A DNA stretch of 64,000 nt from Diadema antillarum (GCF_040938485.1 NW_027271384.1:3720001-3784000); one strand, 5' to 3'; positions 1 through 15,000 are shown, counted from the first letter of the stretch. Numbers and translations are program-made. Notes: generated by a model from the sequence alone, not told the origin.

Positions 1-56
1 ACCACCGTCGAACATAGTGTAGTGCGGATCTCCCCACACGGTGCAGATTCCAGGCG
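1..56 (-). CDS. Start of module M16 (VWD exon, runs off the window edge)
   Basis: CAG acceptor at 57-59, then [19 protein letters not shown]. Confidence 0.9.
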
Positions 57-3000
57 CTGTTCAGAGAAGCAGTCGGAAGGTAATTAAAGCACTCTGAATA
101 GTGGCAGCCAGAAGCCCTCACTTCTTCTCCCAACAAAATATACAATTGGCCGCCTACACTACAGATGTCTGCCATCTGCCACAAGTAAGCTTAACGTTTC
201 TTTTCACCTCTCGCATTTCTTGCAGACTTCCTTCTATTTTAATTGGTTTCCTCTTTCAAAACAGTACGGTGTTCATCACATACAAAAGTACATGCTCTTT
301 TACCATGCATGACCTGACTGGATCTTGTACTCTAACAGCATAAAAAGAGAACACATGCAAGTACATTTCCACAAAAGAGAGATCACTGGCACTCACAAAT
401 GGAGTCCATACACACCTACCAAACACTATCAAAATCTCTTGCAATATTGTGCTTCTTCAAAATATGAGGTTTCCCGTCTACCTTCAGTTTTTCTTCTCAG
501 ACAAGATGAGCAGTCGACCAAAGGCTTGAAATACACAGCTCAGTAAGGCTCATCGCCGCCCCGCGTTCTCTATCTATTACTCAAATGACTTACCTCTGGT
601 GCATTCTCCATTGCTGTAGGTGAAGCCGTCCCGACAGTAGCAGTCTCTCACACCACCCTTGATCCTACACTCCTGGTTCTCCACGCACGCGTATGCCACA
701 CATTCCAAAGTGCCTCCAGAACAGCTGCACATCTCGGAGCAGTCATCGTTCACGTACACATCCCCTGCCTGTTTGTGCCAATACCAATCATTTAGATTTG
801 CTTTAGACCATGGTCTTCTTTTCAAGCCATTTGCATCTCCATTTGCTTTCAATCCACACGACAATAATCACAGTGTTCAACGATTTATTAAACTTAAGCT
901 CAAATATTACCATCAAAGGAGGAAAGCCACACTCACCGAGATGTAGCTTCCGTCTGGAAGAGTGCAACCACAATCCTCTGGCTGCATGCATGTTCCGCCG
1001 TCGTCCAGCAGTCCTTCGGGGCAGCTGCAGATTTCACGGCAGGGAAGTCCGCAGTTCAGGTCGGCATCTGGATCGGCACAGCTGGGCTGGCAGGCGCTAC
1101 CGCAAGATTCGTACACTGTTCCACTCGGACACTCAAACCCTGAATAAAGACATTTTTTAGGCAAGGATATACCTTGAACGTCATTTACAACGTACAAGAA
1201 CATACAACAAGTGAAATACCCATTCATCACCACGAAAGCTGTACATTACTTACACCGGATACGATCGGCATCACCAAAAACACAAAGTGCTCACACAAGT
1301 CATATAAAGTCAGTACTGTCGTGGACATTCACAACTGTACAGATTTACAGTTTTCACGCAAAATGCACTACCGTCATTCAGCATCTGCACTCTTCTTTCA
1401 TGACTCCACAATATTTCACTTATTTCTTCCAAACCCACCGAAAGACTTTCGACGTCTTTCAAAAGCTGCATCTCATCCTCACGGCACAGAGGGTCATGTC
1501 AGAGACTCTTGACACGCACTTCATGATATCTGATCACATGGCTTTATTTTTTGCACCTCTAGATTCTGATGATCAGCCAAAACAGCTTTCCACTATACAA
1601 CATAAGTGTCATGACACAAAAATACTTACCGCACTGGATTACAGACGCCCTCCAGTCCCCAGCCAAGATGCCATTTGTTTCTCCTCGACACTTCTGAACG
1701 TATTCCTGCAGGGCTCCGCATATGATGTCGTTGTCAGGGTCAGTGAAACACAGGTCGAAGACGCAGGCATCATAGTAATCACTCACGTCCACAAAGTCGG
1801 AGCAGCCTCCCAGGGGACCTGAAAGCAAGAAACAGCTGCAAATATAAGCTCTTGGATACTACACAAACAACAAACAAAAATACACACACAGAAAAAAGAA
1901 AAGAGACTGAGAAATTCCACTGCACTTTTCTATTCGAGGTGATTAGAAATCATCAGACAAATAGTCAGATAGGATGTACCATACTCCAGCTGCTTACCAC
2001 GCTCATTTTCAAATTTGCCCTCTTTTAATGCTTCAATAGATTGCTTTAACTTTTTGCATATCATATCGACTCATCTACTCATAGAATACACGAGTACTGT
2101 AGTGTGCCTCAGTGAAATTCAATCATCTCCATCTTCTCACCGTCAGGATTGATGAAGATGTAGCAGATGTCCTCCACACGTTGCTGCACGTCGGGGTCAT
2201 CACAGCCATCAGGGGGCGGGAGAATTGTGGTATCGCACTCCTCTTCATTCAGAACCCAGTCATTACCAAAGACATTCTGGTACGGTGTCTGCAAACAGGA
2301 CCACATTCGTCAACACAATAATTGGTACTTTTGGGTACAGCTGCACGATCAGGTCACTGTTACATCCACAACACTGATTACATCAAAGTCCAGTCACATG
2401 CGGAACATGTCTCTTTCCTACAATCAAATACCCTGATAGACAGGGTATTGAGAAAGAAGGTAATAAGAGAGCAGAGTTCTACTTACGACACTTCCATCCT
2501 GGAGGCGGAAATCGTTGGATCTGTCGTCATCGAAGGTTCCGCACAGACCACAAGTAGCATTCCAGTACTGGTATGGCACCTCTATGGTTGCAGTGTTGGC
2601 TCCGTCGAAACGTACAGATAGACCAAAGGATGTTTGGATAGTCTGTAATAACGATCAGATATCAGGTCCTGTTTACCCTTCCCCTCATATCGTGCCTTTA
2701 TACTCAATTCTAAAACAATTACGTGTCAAACAAAAATCTTACATCTTGGCATCACGGCTGCAACAAATTTCACTGATATTTCATTTTTGTGTCTCCTTCA
2801 AATAATTGACAATGAAATTGCTTTGACACTAACATAGATGTTAATGCTAGTTTCTCTTTCATTTAATTGTATAAATACTAGTGTGCACCTAATCGATCCA
2901 TCCTTGTAACAAGACACACTTTGGACATTTTAAATGCCCCTACATCAAAATCAATATCAATTGATGTGCTGACCCACAATTGAGTAAACCAGCCATCATT

Positions 3001-6000
3001 CCCTTACCGCGTAAGACCGGTCCGAGCGAATAGTGATGCCGTTGATGAAGCTCAAGGGTGTCGTCCGCCTTGCACCGTTGACTAGAACCACTCTATTCCG
3101 CTCGATCGAATAGCTAGTGCCATTCACCTCTAGTACCACCTTGCGCAGGTACGACACTCGGTCCGATGGGTTGTTCTTGACGTTGTCTCCCCACAAGTGG
3201 AAATCCACAAGGTCCGTGCGGTCGCTGCACGGCCTCACCAGCATGTACTCACAGTCGCCCTGGAAGTCATGACGACCACCGTCGAACATAGTGTAGTGCG
3301 GATCTCCCACACGGTGCAGATTCCAGGCGCTGTTCAGAGAAGCAGTCGGAAGGTAATTAAAGCACTCTGAATAGTGGCAGCCAGAAGCCCTCACTTCTTC
3401 TCCCAACAAAATATACAATTGGCCGCCTACACTACAGATGTCTGCCATCTGCCACAAGTAAGCTTAACGGTTTTTTTCACCTCTCGCATTTCTTGCAGAC
3501 TTCCTTCTATTTTAATTGGTTTCCTCTTTCAAAACAGTACGGTGTTCATCACATACAAAAGTACATGCACAGCATAAAAAGAGAACACATGCAAGTACAT
3601 TTCCACAAAAGAGAGATCACTGGCACTCACAAATGGAGTCCATACACACCTACCAAACACTATCAAAATCTCTTGCAATATTGTGCTTCTTCAAAATATG
3701 AGGTTTCCCGTCTACCTTCAGTTTTTCTTCTCAGACAAGACGACCAAAGGCTTGAAATACACAGCTCAGTAAGGCTCATCGCCGCCCCGCGTTCTCTACA
3801 GTGTATCTATTACTCAAATGACTTACCTCTGGTGCATTCTCCATTGCTGTAGGTGAAGCCGTCCCGACAGTAGCAGTCTCTCACACCACCCTTGATCCTA
3901 CACTCCTGGTTCTCCACGCACGCGTATGCCACACATTCCAAAGTGCCTCCAGAACAGCTGCACATCTCGGAGCAGTCATCGTTCACGTACACATCCCCTG
4001 CCTGTTTGTGCCAATACCAATCATTTAGATTTGCTTTAGACCATGGTCTTCTTTTCAAGCCATTTGCATCTCCATTTGCTTTCAATCCACACGACATTAA
4101 TCACAGTGTTCAACGATTTATTAAACTTAAGCTCAAATATTACCATCAAAGGAGGAAAGCCACACTCACCGAGATGTAGCTTCTGTCTGGAAGAGTGCAA
4201 CCACAATCCTCTGGCTGCACGCATGTTCCGCCGTCGTCCAGCAGTCCTTCGGGGCAGCTGCAGATTTCACGGCAGGGAAGTCCGCAGTTCAGGTCGGCAT
4301 CTGGATCAGCACAGCTGGGCTGGCAGGCGCTACCGCAAGATTCGTACACTGTTCCACTCGGACACTCAAACCCTGAATAAAGACAGTTTTTAGGCAAGGA
4401 TATACCTTGAACGTCATTTACAACGTACAAGAACATACAACAAGTGAAATACCCATTCATCACCACGAAAGCTGTACATTACTTACACCGGATACGATCG
4501 GCATCACCAAAAACACAAAGTGCTCACACAAGTCATATAAAGTCAGTACTGTCGGGGACATTCACAACTGTACAGATTTACAGTTTTCACGCAAAATGCA
4601 CTACCGTCATTCAGCATCTGCACTCTTCTTTCATGACTCCACAATATTTCACTTATTTCTTCCAAACCTACCGAAAGACTTTCGACGTCTTTCAAAAGCT
4701 GCATCTCATCCTCACGGCACAGAGGGTCATGTCAGAGACTCTTGACACGCACTTCATGATATCTGATCACATGGCTTTATTTTTTGCACCTCTAGATTCT
4801 GATGATCAGCCAAAACAGCTTTCCACTATACAACATAAGTGTCATGACACAAAAATACTTACCGCACTGGATTACAGACGCCCTCCAGTCCCCAGCCAAG
4901 ATGCCATTTGTTTCTCCTCGACACTTCTGAACGTATTCCTGCAGGGCTCCGCATATGATGTCGTTGTCAGGGTCAGTGAAACACAGGTCGAAGACGCAGG
5001 CATCATAGTAATCACTCACGTCCACAAAGTCGGAGCAGCCTCCCAGGGGACCTGAAAGCAAGAAACAGCTGCAAATATAAGCTCTTGGATACTACACAAA
5101 CAACAAACAAAAATACACACACAGAAAAAAGAAAAGAGACTGAGAAATTCCACTGCACTTTTCTATTCGAGGTGATTAGAAATCATCAGACAAATAGTCA
5201 GATAGGATGTACCATACTCTAGCTGCTTACCACGCTCATTTTCTAATTTGCCCTCTTTTAATGCTTCAATAGATTGCTTTAACTTTTTGCATATCATATC
5301 GACTCATCTACTCATAGAATACACGAGTACTGTAGTGTGCCTCAGTGAAATTCAATCATCTCCATCTTCTCACCGTCAGGATTGATGAAGATGTAGCAGA
5401 TGTCCTCCACACGTTGCTGCACGTCGGGGTCATCACAGCCATCAGGGGGCGGGAGAATTGTGGTATCGCACTCCTCTTCATTCAGAACCCAGTCATTACC
5501 AAAGACATTCTGGTACGGTGTCTGCAAACAGGACCACATTCGTCAACACAATAATTGGTACTTTTGGGTACAGCTGCACGATCAGGTCACTGTTACATCC
5601 ACAACACTGATTACATCAAAGTCCAGTCACATACGGAACATGTCTCTTTCCTACAATCAAATACCCTGATAGACAGGGTATTGAGAAAGAAGGTAATAAG
5701 AGAGCAGAGTTCTACTTACGACACTTCCATCCTGGAGGCGGAAATCGTTGGATCTGTCGTCATCGAAGGTTCCGCACAGACCACAAGTAGCATTCCAGTA
5801 CTGGTATGGCACCTCTATGGTTGCAGTGTTGGCTCCGTCGAAACGTACAGATAGACCAAAGGATGTTTGGATAGTCTGTAATAACGATCAGATATCAGGT
5901 CCTGTTTACCCTTCCCTTCATATCGTGCCTTTATGCTCAATTCTAAAACAATTACGTGTCAAACAAAAATCTTACATCTTGGCATCACGGCTGCAACAAA

Positions 6001-9000
6001 TTTCACTGATATTTCATTTTCGTGTCTCCTTCAAATATCTGACAATGAAATTGCTTTGACACTAACATAGATGTTAATACTAGTTTCTCTTTCATTTAAT
6101 TGTATAAATACTAGTGTGCACCACATCCTTGTAACAAGACACACTTTGGACATTTTAAATGCCCCTACATCAAAATCAATATCAATTGATGTGCTGACCC
6201 ACAATTGAGTAAACCAGCCATCATTCCCTTACCGCGTAAGACCGGTCCGAGCGAATAGTGATGCCGTTGATGAAGCTCAAGGGTGTCGTCCGCCTTGCAC
6301 CGGTTGGACTAGAACCACTCTATTCCGCTCGATCGAATAGCTAGTGCCATTCACCTCCAGTACCACCTTGCGCAGGTACGACACTCGGTCCGATGGGGTT
6401 GTTCTTGACGTTGTCTCCCCACAAGTGGAAATCCACAAGGTCGTGCGGTCGCTGCACGGCCTCACCAGCGTGTACTCACAGTCGCCCTGGAAGTCATGAC
6501 GACCACGGATCGAACCATTAGTGTAGTGCGGATCTCCCCACACGGTGCAGATTCCAGGCGCTGTTCAGAGAAGCAGTCGGAAGGTAATTAAAGCACTCTG
6601 AATAGTGGCAGCCAGAAGCCCTCACTTCTTCTCCCAACAAAATATACAATTGGCCGCCTACACTACAGATGTCTGCCATCTGCCACAAGTAAGCTTAACG
6701 GTTTTTTTCACCTCTCGCATTTCTTGCAGACTTCCTTCTATTTTAATTGGTTCCTCTTTCAAAACAGTACGGTGTTCATCACATACAAAAGTACATGCTC
6801 TTTACCATGCATGACCTGACTGGATCTTGTACTCTAACAGCATAAAAAGAGAACACATGCAAGTACATTTCCACAAAAGAGAGATCACTGGCACTCACAA
6901 ATGGAGTCCATACACACCTACCAAACACTATCAAAATCTCTTGCAATATTGTGCTTCTTCAAAATATGAGGTTTCCCGTCTACCTTCAGTTTTTCTTCTC
7001 AGACAAGATGAGCAGTCGACCAAAGGCTTGAAATACACAGCTCAGTAAGGCTCATCGCCGCCGCCCGCGTTCTCTATCTATTACTCAAATGACTTACCTC
7101 TGGTGCATTCTCCATTGCTGTAGGTGAAGCCGTCCCGACAGTAGCAGTCTCTCACACCACCCTTGATCCTACACTCCTGGTTCTCCATGCACGCGTATGC
7201 CACACATTCCAAAGTGCCTCCAGAACAGCTGCACATCTCGGAGCAGTCATCGTTCACGTACACATCCCCTGCCTGTTTGTGCCAATACCAATCATTTAGA
7301 TTTGCTTTAGACCATGGTCTTCTTTTCAAGCCATTTGCATCTCCATTTGCTTTCAATCCACACGACAATAATCACAGTGTTCAACGATTTATTAAACTTA
7401 AGCTCAAATATTACCATCAAAGGAGGAAAGCCACACTCACCGAGATGTAGCTTCCGTCTGGAAGAGTGCAACCACAATCCTCTGGCTGCACGCATGTTCC
7501 GCCGTCGTCCAGCAGTCCTTCGGGGCAGCTGCAGATTTCACGGCAGGGAAGTCCGCAGTTCAGGTCGGCATCTGGATCGGCACAGCTGGCTGGCAGGCGC
7601 TACCGCAAGATTCGTACACTGTTCCACTCGGACACTCAAACCCTGAATAAAGACAGTTTTTAGGCAAGGATATACCTTGAACGTCATTTACAACGTACAA
7701 GAACATACAACAAGTGAAATACCCATTCATCACCACGAAAGCTGTACATTACTTACACCGGATACGATCGGCATCACCAAAAACACAAAGTGCTCACACA
7801 AGTCATATAAAGTCAGTACTGTCGGGGACATTCACAACTGTACAGATTTACAGTTTTCACGCAAAATGCACTACCGTCATTCAGCATCTGCACTCTTCTT
7901 TCATGACTCCACAATATTTCACTTATTTCTTCCAAACCCACCGAAAGACTTTCGACGTCTTTCAAAAGCTGCATCTCATCCTCACGGCACAGAGGGTCAT
8001 GTCAGAGACTCTTGACACGCACTTCATGATATCTGATCACATGGCTTTATTTTTTGCACCTCTAGATTCTGATGATCAGCCCAAAACAGCTTTCCCACTA
8101 TACAACATAAGTGTCATGACACAAAAATACTTACCGCACTGGATTACAGACGCCCTCCAGTCCCCAGCCAAGATGCCATTTGTTTCTCCTCGACACTTCT
8201 GAACGTATTCCTGCAGGGCTCCGCATATGATGTCGTTGTCAGGGTCAGTGAAACACAGGTCGAAGACGCAGGCATCATAGTAATCACTCACGTCCACAAA
8301 GTCGAGCAGCCTCCCAGGGGACCTGAAAGCAAGAAACAGCTGCAAATATAAGCTCTTGGATACTACACAAACAACAAACAAAAATACACACACAGAAAAA
8401 AGAAAAGAGACTGAGAAATTCCACTGCACTTTTCTATTCGAGGTGATTAGAAATCATCAGACAAATAGTCAGATAGGATGTACCATACTCTAGCTGCTTA
8501 CCACGCTCATTTTCTAATTTGCCCTCTTTTAATGCTTCAATAGATTGCTTTAACTTTTTGCATATCATATCGACTCATCTACTCATAGAATACACGAGTA
8601 CTGTAGTGTGCCTCAGTGAAATTCAATCATCTCCATCTTCTCACCGTCAGGATTGATGAAGATGTAGCAGATGTCCTCCACACGTTGCTGCACGTCGGGG
8701 TCATCACAGCCATCAGGGGGCGGGAGAATTGTGGTATCGCACTCCTCTTCATTCAGAACCCAGTCATTACCAAAGACATTCTGGTACGGTGTCTGCAAAC
8801 AGGACCACATTCGTCAACACAATTATTGGTACTTTTGGGTACAGCTGCACGATCAGGTCACTGTTACATCCACAACACTGATTACATCAAAGTCCAGTCA
8901 CATGCGGAACATGTCTCTTTCCTACAATCAAATACCCTGATAGACAGGGTATTGAGAAAGAAGGTAATAAGAGAGCAGAGTTCTACTTACGACACTTCCA

Positions 9001-12000
9001 TCCTGGAGGCGGAAATCGTTGGATCTGTCGTCATCGAAGGTTCCGCACAGACCACAAGTAGCATTCCAGTACTGGTATGGCACCTCTATGGTTGCAGTGT
9101 TGGCTCCGTCGAAACGTACAGATAGACCAAAGGATGTTTGGATAGTCTGTAATAACGATCAGATATCAGGTCCTGTTTACCCTTCCCTTCATATCGTGCC
9201 TTTATGCTCAATTCTAAAACAATTACGTGTCAAACAAAAATCTTACATCTTGGCATCACGGCTGCAACAAATTTCACTGATATTTCATTTTCGTGTCTCC
9301 TTCCAAATATCTGACAATGAAATTGCTTTGACACTAACATAGATGTTAATACTAGTTTCTCTTTCATTTAATTGTATAAATACTAGTGTGCACCACATCC
9401 TTGTAACAAGACACACTTTGGACATTTTAAATGCCCCTACATCAAAATCAATATCAATTGATGTGCTGACCCACAATTGAGTAAACCAGCCATCATTCCC
9501 TTACCGCGTAAGACCGGTCCGAGCGAAATAGTGATGCCGTTGATGAAGCTCAAGGGTGTCGTCCGCCTTGCACCGTTGACTAGAACCACTCTATTCCGCT
9601 CGATCGAATAGCTAGTGCCATTCACCTCCAGTACCACCTTGCGCAGGTACGACACTCGGTCCGATGGGTTGTTCTTGACGTTGTCTCCCCACAAGTGGAA
9701 ATCCACAAGGTCCGTGCGGTCGCTGCACGGCCTCACCAGCGTGTACTCACAGTCGCCCTGGAAGTCATGACGACCACCGTCGAACATAGTGTAGTGCGGA
9801 TCTCCCCACACGGTGCAGATTCCAGGCGCTGTTCAGAGAAGCAGTCGGAAGGTAATTAAAGCACTCTGAATAGTGGCAGCCAGAAGCCCTCACTTCTTCT
9901 CCCAACAAAATATACAATTGGCCGCCTACACTACAGATGTCTGCCATCTGCCACAAGTAAGCTTAACGGTTTTTTTCACCTCTCGCATTTCTTGCAGACT
10001 TCCTTCTATTTTAATTGGTTTCCTCTTTCAAAACAGTACGGTGTTCATCACATACAAAAGTACATGCTCTTTTACCATGCATGACCTGACTGGATCTTGT
10101 ACTCTAACAGCATAAAAAGAGAACACATGCAAGTACATTTCCACAAAAGAGAGATCACTGGCACTCACAAATGGAGTCCATACACACCTACCAAACACTA
10201 TCAAAATCTCTTGCAATATTGTGCTTCTTCAAAATATGAGGTTTCCCGTCTACCTTCAGTTTTTCTTCTCAGACAAGATGAGCAGTCGACCAAAGGCTTG
10301 AAATACACAGCTCAGTAAGGCTCATCGCCGCCCCGCGTTCTCTATCTATTACTCAAATGACTTACCTCTGGTGCATTCTCCATTGCTGTAGGTGAAGCCG
10401 TCCCGACAGTAGCAGTCTCTCACACCACCCTTGATCCTACACTCCTGGTTCTCCACGCACGCGTATGCCACACATTCCAAAGTGCCTCCAGAACAGCTGC
10501 ACATCTCGGAGCAGTCATCGTTCACGTACACATCCCCTGCCTGTTTGTGCCAATACCAATCATTTAGATTTGCTTTAGACCATGGTCTTCTTTTCAAGCC
10601 ATTTGCATCTCCATTTGCTTTCAATCCACACGACAATAATCACAGTGTTCAACGATTTATTAAACTTAAGCTCAAATATTACCATCAAAGGAGGAAAGCC
10701 ACACTCACCGAGATGTAGCTTCCGTCTGGAAGAGTGCAACCACAATCCTCTGGCTGCACGCATGTTCCGCCGTCGTCCAGCAGTCCTTCGGGGCAGCTGC
10801 AGATTTCACGGCAGGGAAGTCCGCAGTTCAGGTCGGCATCTGGATCGGCACAGCTGGGCTGGCAGGCGCTACCGCAAGATTCGTACACTGTTCCACTCGG
10901 ACACTCAAACCCTGAATAAAGACAGTTTTTAGGCAAGGATATACCTTGAACGTCATTTACAACGTACAAGAACATACAACAAGTGAAATACCCATTCATC
11001 ACCACGAAAGCTGTACATTACTTACACCGGATACGATCGGCATCACCAAAAACACAAAGTGCTCACACAAGTCATATAAAGTCAGTACTGTCGGGGACAT
11101 TCACAACTGTACAGATTTACAGTTTTCACGCAAAATGCACTACCGTCATTCAGCATCTGCACTCTTCTTTCATGACTCCACAATATTTCACTTATTTCTT
11201 CCAAACCCACCGAAAGACTTTCGACGTCTTTCAAAAGCTGCATCTCATCCTCACGGCACAGAGGGTCATGTCAGAGACTCTTGACACGCACTTCATGATA
11301 TCTGATCACATGGCTTTATTTTTTGCACCTCTAGATTCTGATGATCAGCCAAAACAGCTTTCCACTATACAACATAAGTGTCATGACACAAAAATACTTA
11401 CCGCACTGGATTACAGACGCCCTCCAGTCCCCAGCCAAGATGCCATTTGTTTCTCCTCGACACTTCTGAACGTATTCCTGCAGGGCTCCGCATATGATGT
11501 CGTTGTCAGGGTCAGTGAAACACAGGTCGAAGACGCAGGCATCATAGTAATCACTCACGTCCACAAAGTCGGAGCAGCCTCCCAGGGGACCTGAAAGCAA
11601 GAAACAGCTGCAAATATAAGCTCTTGGATACTACACAAACAACAAACAAAAATACACACACAGAAAAAAGAAAAGAGACTGAGAAATTCCACTGCACTTT
11701 TCTATTCGAGGTGATTAGAAATCATCAGACAAATAGTCAGATAGGATGTACCATACTCTAGCTGCTTACCACGCTCATTTTCTAATTTGCCCTCTTTTAA
11801 TGCTTCAATAGATTGCTTTAACTTTTTGCATATCATATCGACTCATCTACTCATAGAATACACGAGTACTGTAGTGTGCCTCAGTGAAATTCAATCATCT
11901 CCATCTTCTCACCGTCAGGATTGATGAAGATGTAGCAGATGTCCTCCACACGTTGCTGCACGTCGGGGTCATCACAGCCATCAGGGGGCGGGAGAATTGT

Positions 12001-15000
12001 GGTATCGCACTCCTCTTCATTCAGAACCCAGTCATTACCAAAGACATTCTGGTACGGTGTCTGCAAACAGGACCACATTCGTCAACACAATAATTGGTAC
12101 TTTTGGGTACAGCTGCACGATCAGGTCACTGTTACATCCACAACACTGATTACATCAAAGTCCAGTCACATGCGGAACATGTCTCTTTCCTACAATCAAA
12201 TACCCTGATAGACAGGGTATTGAGAAAGAAGGTAATAAGAGAGCAGAGTTCTACTTACGACACTTCCATCCTGGAGGCGGAAATCGTTGGATCTGTCGTC
12301 ATCGAAGGTTCCGCACAGACCACAAGTAGCATTCCAGTACTGGTATGGCACCTCTATGGTTGCAGTGTTGGCTCCGTCGAAACGTACAGATAGACCAAAG
12401 GATGTTTGGATAGTCTGTAATAACGATCAGATATCAGGTCCTGTTTACCCTTCCCTTCATATCGTGCCTTTATGCTCAATTCTAAAACAATTACGTGTCA
12501 AACAAAAATCTTACATCTTGGCATCACGGCTGCAACAAATTTCACTGATATTTCATTTTCGTGTCTCCTTCAAATATCTGACAATGAAATTGCTTTGACA
12601 CTAACATAGATGTTAATACTAGTTTCTCTTTCATTTAATTGTATAAATACTAGTGTGCACCACATCCTTGTAACAAGACACACTTTGGACATTTTAAATG
12701 CCCCTACATCAAAATCAATATCAATTGATGTGCTGACCCACAATTGAGTAAACCAGCCATCATTCCCTTACCGCGTAAGACCGGTCCGAGCGAATAGTGA
12801 TGCCGTTGATGAAGCTCAAGGGTGTCGTCCGCCTTGCACCGTTGACTAGAACCACTCTATTCCGCTCGATCGAATAGCTAGTGCCATTCACCTCCAGTAC
12901 CACCTTGCGCAGGTACGACACTCGGTCCGATGGGTTGTTCTTGACGTTGTCTCCCCACAAGTGGAAATCCACAAGGTCCGTGCGGTCGCTGCACGGCCTC
13001 ACCAGCGTGTACTCACAGTCGCCCTGGAAGTCATGACGACCACCGTCGAACATAGTGTAGTGCGGATCTCCCCACACGGTGCAGATTCCAGGCGCTGTTC
13101 AGAGAAGCAGTCGGAAGGTAATTAAAGCACTCTGAATAGTGGCAGCCAGAAGCCCTCACTTCTTCTCCCAACAAAATATACAATTGGCCGCCTACACTAC
13201 AGATGTCTGCCATCTGCCACAAGTAAGCTTAACGTTTCTTTTCACCTCTCGCATTTCTTGCAGACTTCCTTCTATTTTAATTGGTTTCCTCTTTCAAAAC
13301 AGTACGGTGTTCATCACATACAAAACTACATGCTCTTTTACCATGCATGACCTGACTGGATCTTGTACTCTAACAGCATAAAAAGAGAACACATGCAAGT
13401 ACATTTCCACAAAAGAGAGATCACTGGCACTCACAAATGGAGTCCATACACACCTACCAAACACTATCAAAATCTCTTGCAATATTGTGCTTCTTCAAAA
13501 TATGAGGTTTCCCGTCTACCTTCAGTTTTTCTTCTCAGACAAGATGAGCAGTCGACCAAAGGCTTGAAATACACAGCTCAGTAAGGCTCATCGCCGCCCC
13601 GCGTTCTCTATCTATTACTCAAATGACTTACCTCTGGTGCATTCTCCATTGCTGTAGGTGAAGCCGTCCCGACAGTAGCAGTCTCTCACACCACCCTTGA
13701 TCCTACACTCCTGGTTCTCCACGCACGCGTATGCCACACATTCCAAAGTGCCTCCAGAACAGCTGCACATCTCGGAGCAGTCATCGTTCACGTACACATC
13801 CCCTGCCTGTTTGTGCCAATACCAATCATTTAGATTTGCTTTAGACCATGGTCTTCTTTTCAAGCCATTTGCATCTCCATTTGCTTTCAATCCACACGAC
13901 AATAATCACAGTGTTCAACGATTTATTAAACTTAAGCTCAAATATTACCATCAAAGGAGGAAAGCCACACTCACCGAGATGTAGCTTCCGTCTGGAAGAG
14001 TGCAACCACAATCCTCTGGCTGCACGCATGTTCCGCCGTCGTCCAGCAGTCCTTCGGGGCAGCTGCAGATTTCACGGCAGGGAAGTCCGCAGTTCAGGTC
14101 GGCATCTGGATCGGCACAGCTGGGCTGGCAGGCGCTACCGCAAGATTCGTACACTGTTCCACTCGGACACTCAAACCCTGAATAAAGACAATTTTTAGGC
14201 AAGGATATACCTTGAACGTCATTTACAACGTACAAGAACATACAACAAGTGAAATACCCATTCATCACCACGAAAGCTGTACATTACTTACACCGGATAC
14301 GATCGGCATCACCAAAAACACAAAGTGCTCACACAAGTCATATAAAGTCAGTACCGTCGGGGACATTCACAACTGTACAGATTTACAGTTTTCACGCAAA
14401 ATGCACTACCGTCATTCAGCATCTGCACTCTTCTTTCATGACTCCACAATATTTCACTTATTTCTTCCAAACCCACCGAAAGACTTTCGACGTCTTTCAA
14501 AAGCTGCATCTCATCCTCACGGCACAGAGGGTCATGTCAGAGACTCTTGACACGCACTTCATGATATCTGATCACATGGCTTTATTTTTTGCACCTCTAG
14601 ATTCTGATGATCAGCCAAAACAGCTTTCCACTATACAACATAAGTGTCATGACACAAAAATACTTACCGCACTGGATTACAGACGCCCTCCAGTCCCCAG
14701 CCAAGATGCCATTTGTTTCTCCTCGACACTTCTGAACGTATTCCTGCAGGGCTCCGCATATGATGTCGTTGTCAGGGTCAGTGAAACACAGGTCGAAGAC
14801 GCAGGCATCATAGTAATCACTCACGTCCACAAAGTCGGAGCAGCCTCCCAGGGGACCTGAAAGCAAGAAACAGCTGCAAATATAAGCTCTTGGATACTAC
14901 ACAAACAACAAACAAAAATACACACACAGAAAAAAGAAAAGAGACTGAGAAATTCCACTGCACTTTTCTATTCGAGGTGATTAGAAATCATCAGACAAAT

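Noticed and set aside
1211-1822. 203-aa plus-strand ORF (MKYPFITTK...) and the other plus-strand ORFs repeated in every unit
   Set aside because: They are antisense to real exons or lie in introns, show no domain pattern, and recur only because the DNA is duplicated. They are disrupted in M3 and M4.
2996-3457. 153-aa [12 protein letters not shown]...GDPHY as an alternative N-terminus
   Set aside because: It is an intronic frame fused to the VWD exon by the 1-nt deletion at 3306-3308 and is absent from all other copies.
8616-9125. 169-aa plus-strand ORF found only in M13 and M8 (24963-25472)
   Set aside because: It is created by one intronic SNP removing a TAA between two spurious antisense ORFs. 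It is useful only as a copy marker.
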